NCBI RefSeq assembly: GCF_006345805.1
Contig: NC_043004.1
Coordinates: 92,938,001 to 93,002,000, forward strand
From: Octopus sinensis
Lineage: Eukaryota
Length of the DNA: 64,000 nucleotides
Direction: 5' to 3'
Position 1 is the first letter of the stretch. Each line of letters starts with the position of its first letter. This document shows positions 63,593 to 64,000 of this stretch, piece after piece. A program made the position numbers and the translations under genes. The notes beneath the pieces are model-generated. The model worked only from the letters and a program-made list of their open reading frames with translations. It searched no databases and was not told the DNA's origin.

Positions 63593-63732
63593 ATATGTAT
63601 ACCATACTGCCTAAATAATGGATCTGCAAATGCAATATCCCTGCATATCTCTCATCTATTTTCATTCCTCCACTTCACTCTCTATTTCATATCTTATCTA
63701 AATTAACTATTGCTTAACCATTTTCTCACACT

Positions 63733-63780
63733 GTTTCCGATGAAGGGATATAAAAAATATCCTGAAAACAGCTGTAAGAC
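63733..63780 (+). ncRNA. Candidate minimal hammerhead (CCGAUGA core) in a PLE-like fragment
   Basis: GUUU-CCGAUGA-A-GGGAUAU-AAAAA-AUAUCCU-GAAA-ACAGCUGU-A-AGAC; one extra A before helix III. Confidence 0.6.
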
Positions 63781-64000
63781 CTATTTATAAATGTTCAAAA
63801 ATCTTCACAGCCTTGATTTTTTGTATATACACATGCTGATATATGATCTACGTTGGACTCCTTATTTGCATAATCACCGAACCTGGAGCTTAACTATGGT
63901 CTATCCAAAGCACTTACTCAGCATTATCTGACGCCTTTGGGTCTTACTGACACCATTACCTTTCATAACCTAATATATATATATATGCTTATATGTGTAT

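Overview
Repeat-dominated, AT-rich animal genomic DNA. The SINE families and the (TA)n/(CA)n/(CAT)n load suggest an octopus or other coleoid cephalopod (inference). There is no intact long host ORF, and nearly all entries in the ORF track are microsatellite or SINE artefacts. The window holds dozens of SINE copies from at least four families, decayed LINEs (CR1-like, RTE), Penelope-like (PLE) remnants with GIY-YIG motifs, mariner and pogo remnants, hAT, piggyBac and GG-ended MITEs, two non-autonomous Helitrons and a probable solo LTR. A CpG-retaining domain lies at about 13.7-17.7 kb, and a few short plus-strand exon candidates lie at 40-57 kb. The most striking signal is a set of short elements, mostly inserted in or beside (TA)n tracts, from four unrelated sequence families. 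Each folds by eye into a minimal type-I hammerhead ribozyme with a (near-)palindromic helix III but a non-canonical core: one has the swapped G3-C8 pair (GUGAACA), three have U4C (CCGANGA). Several (TA)n-associated palindromic duplications and a seven-copy head-to-tail SINE array are also present. All calls were made by eye; no searches or folding programs were run.
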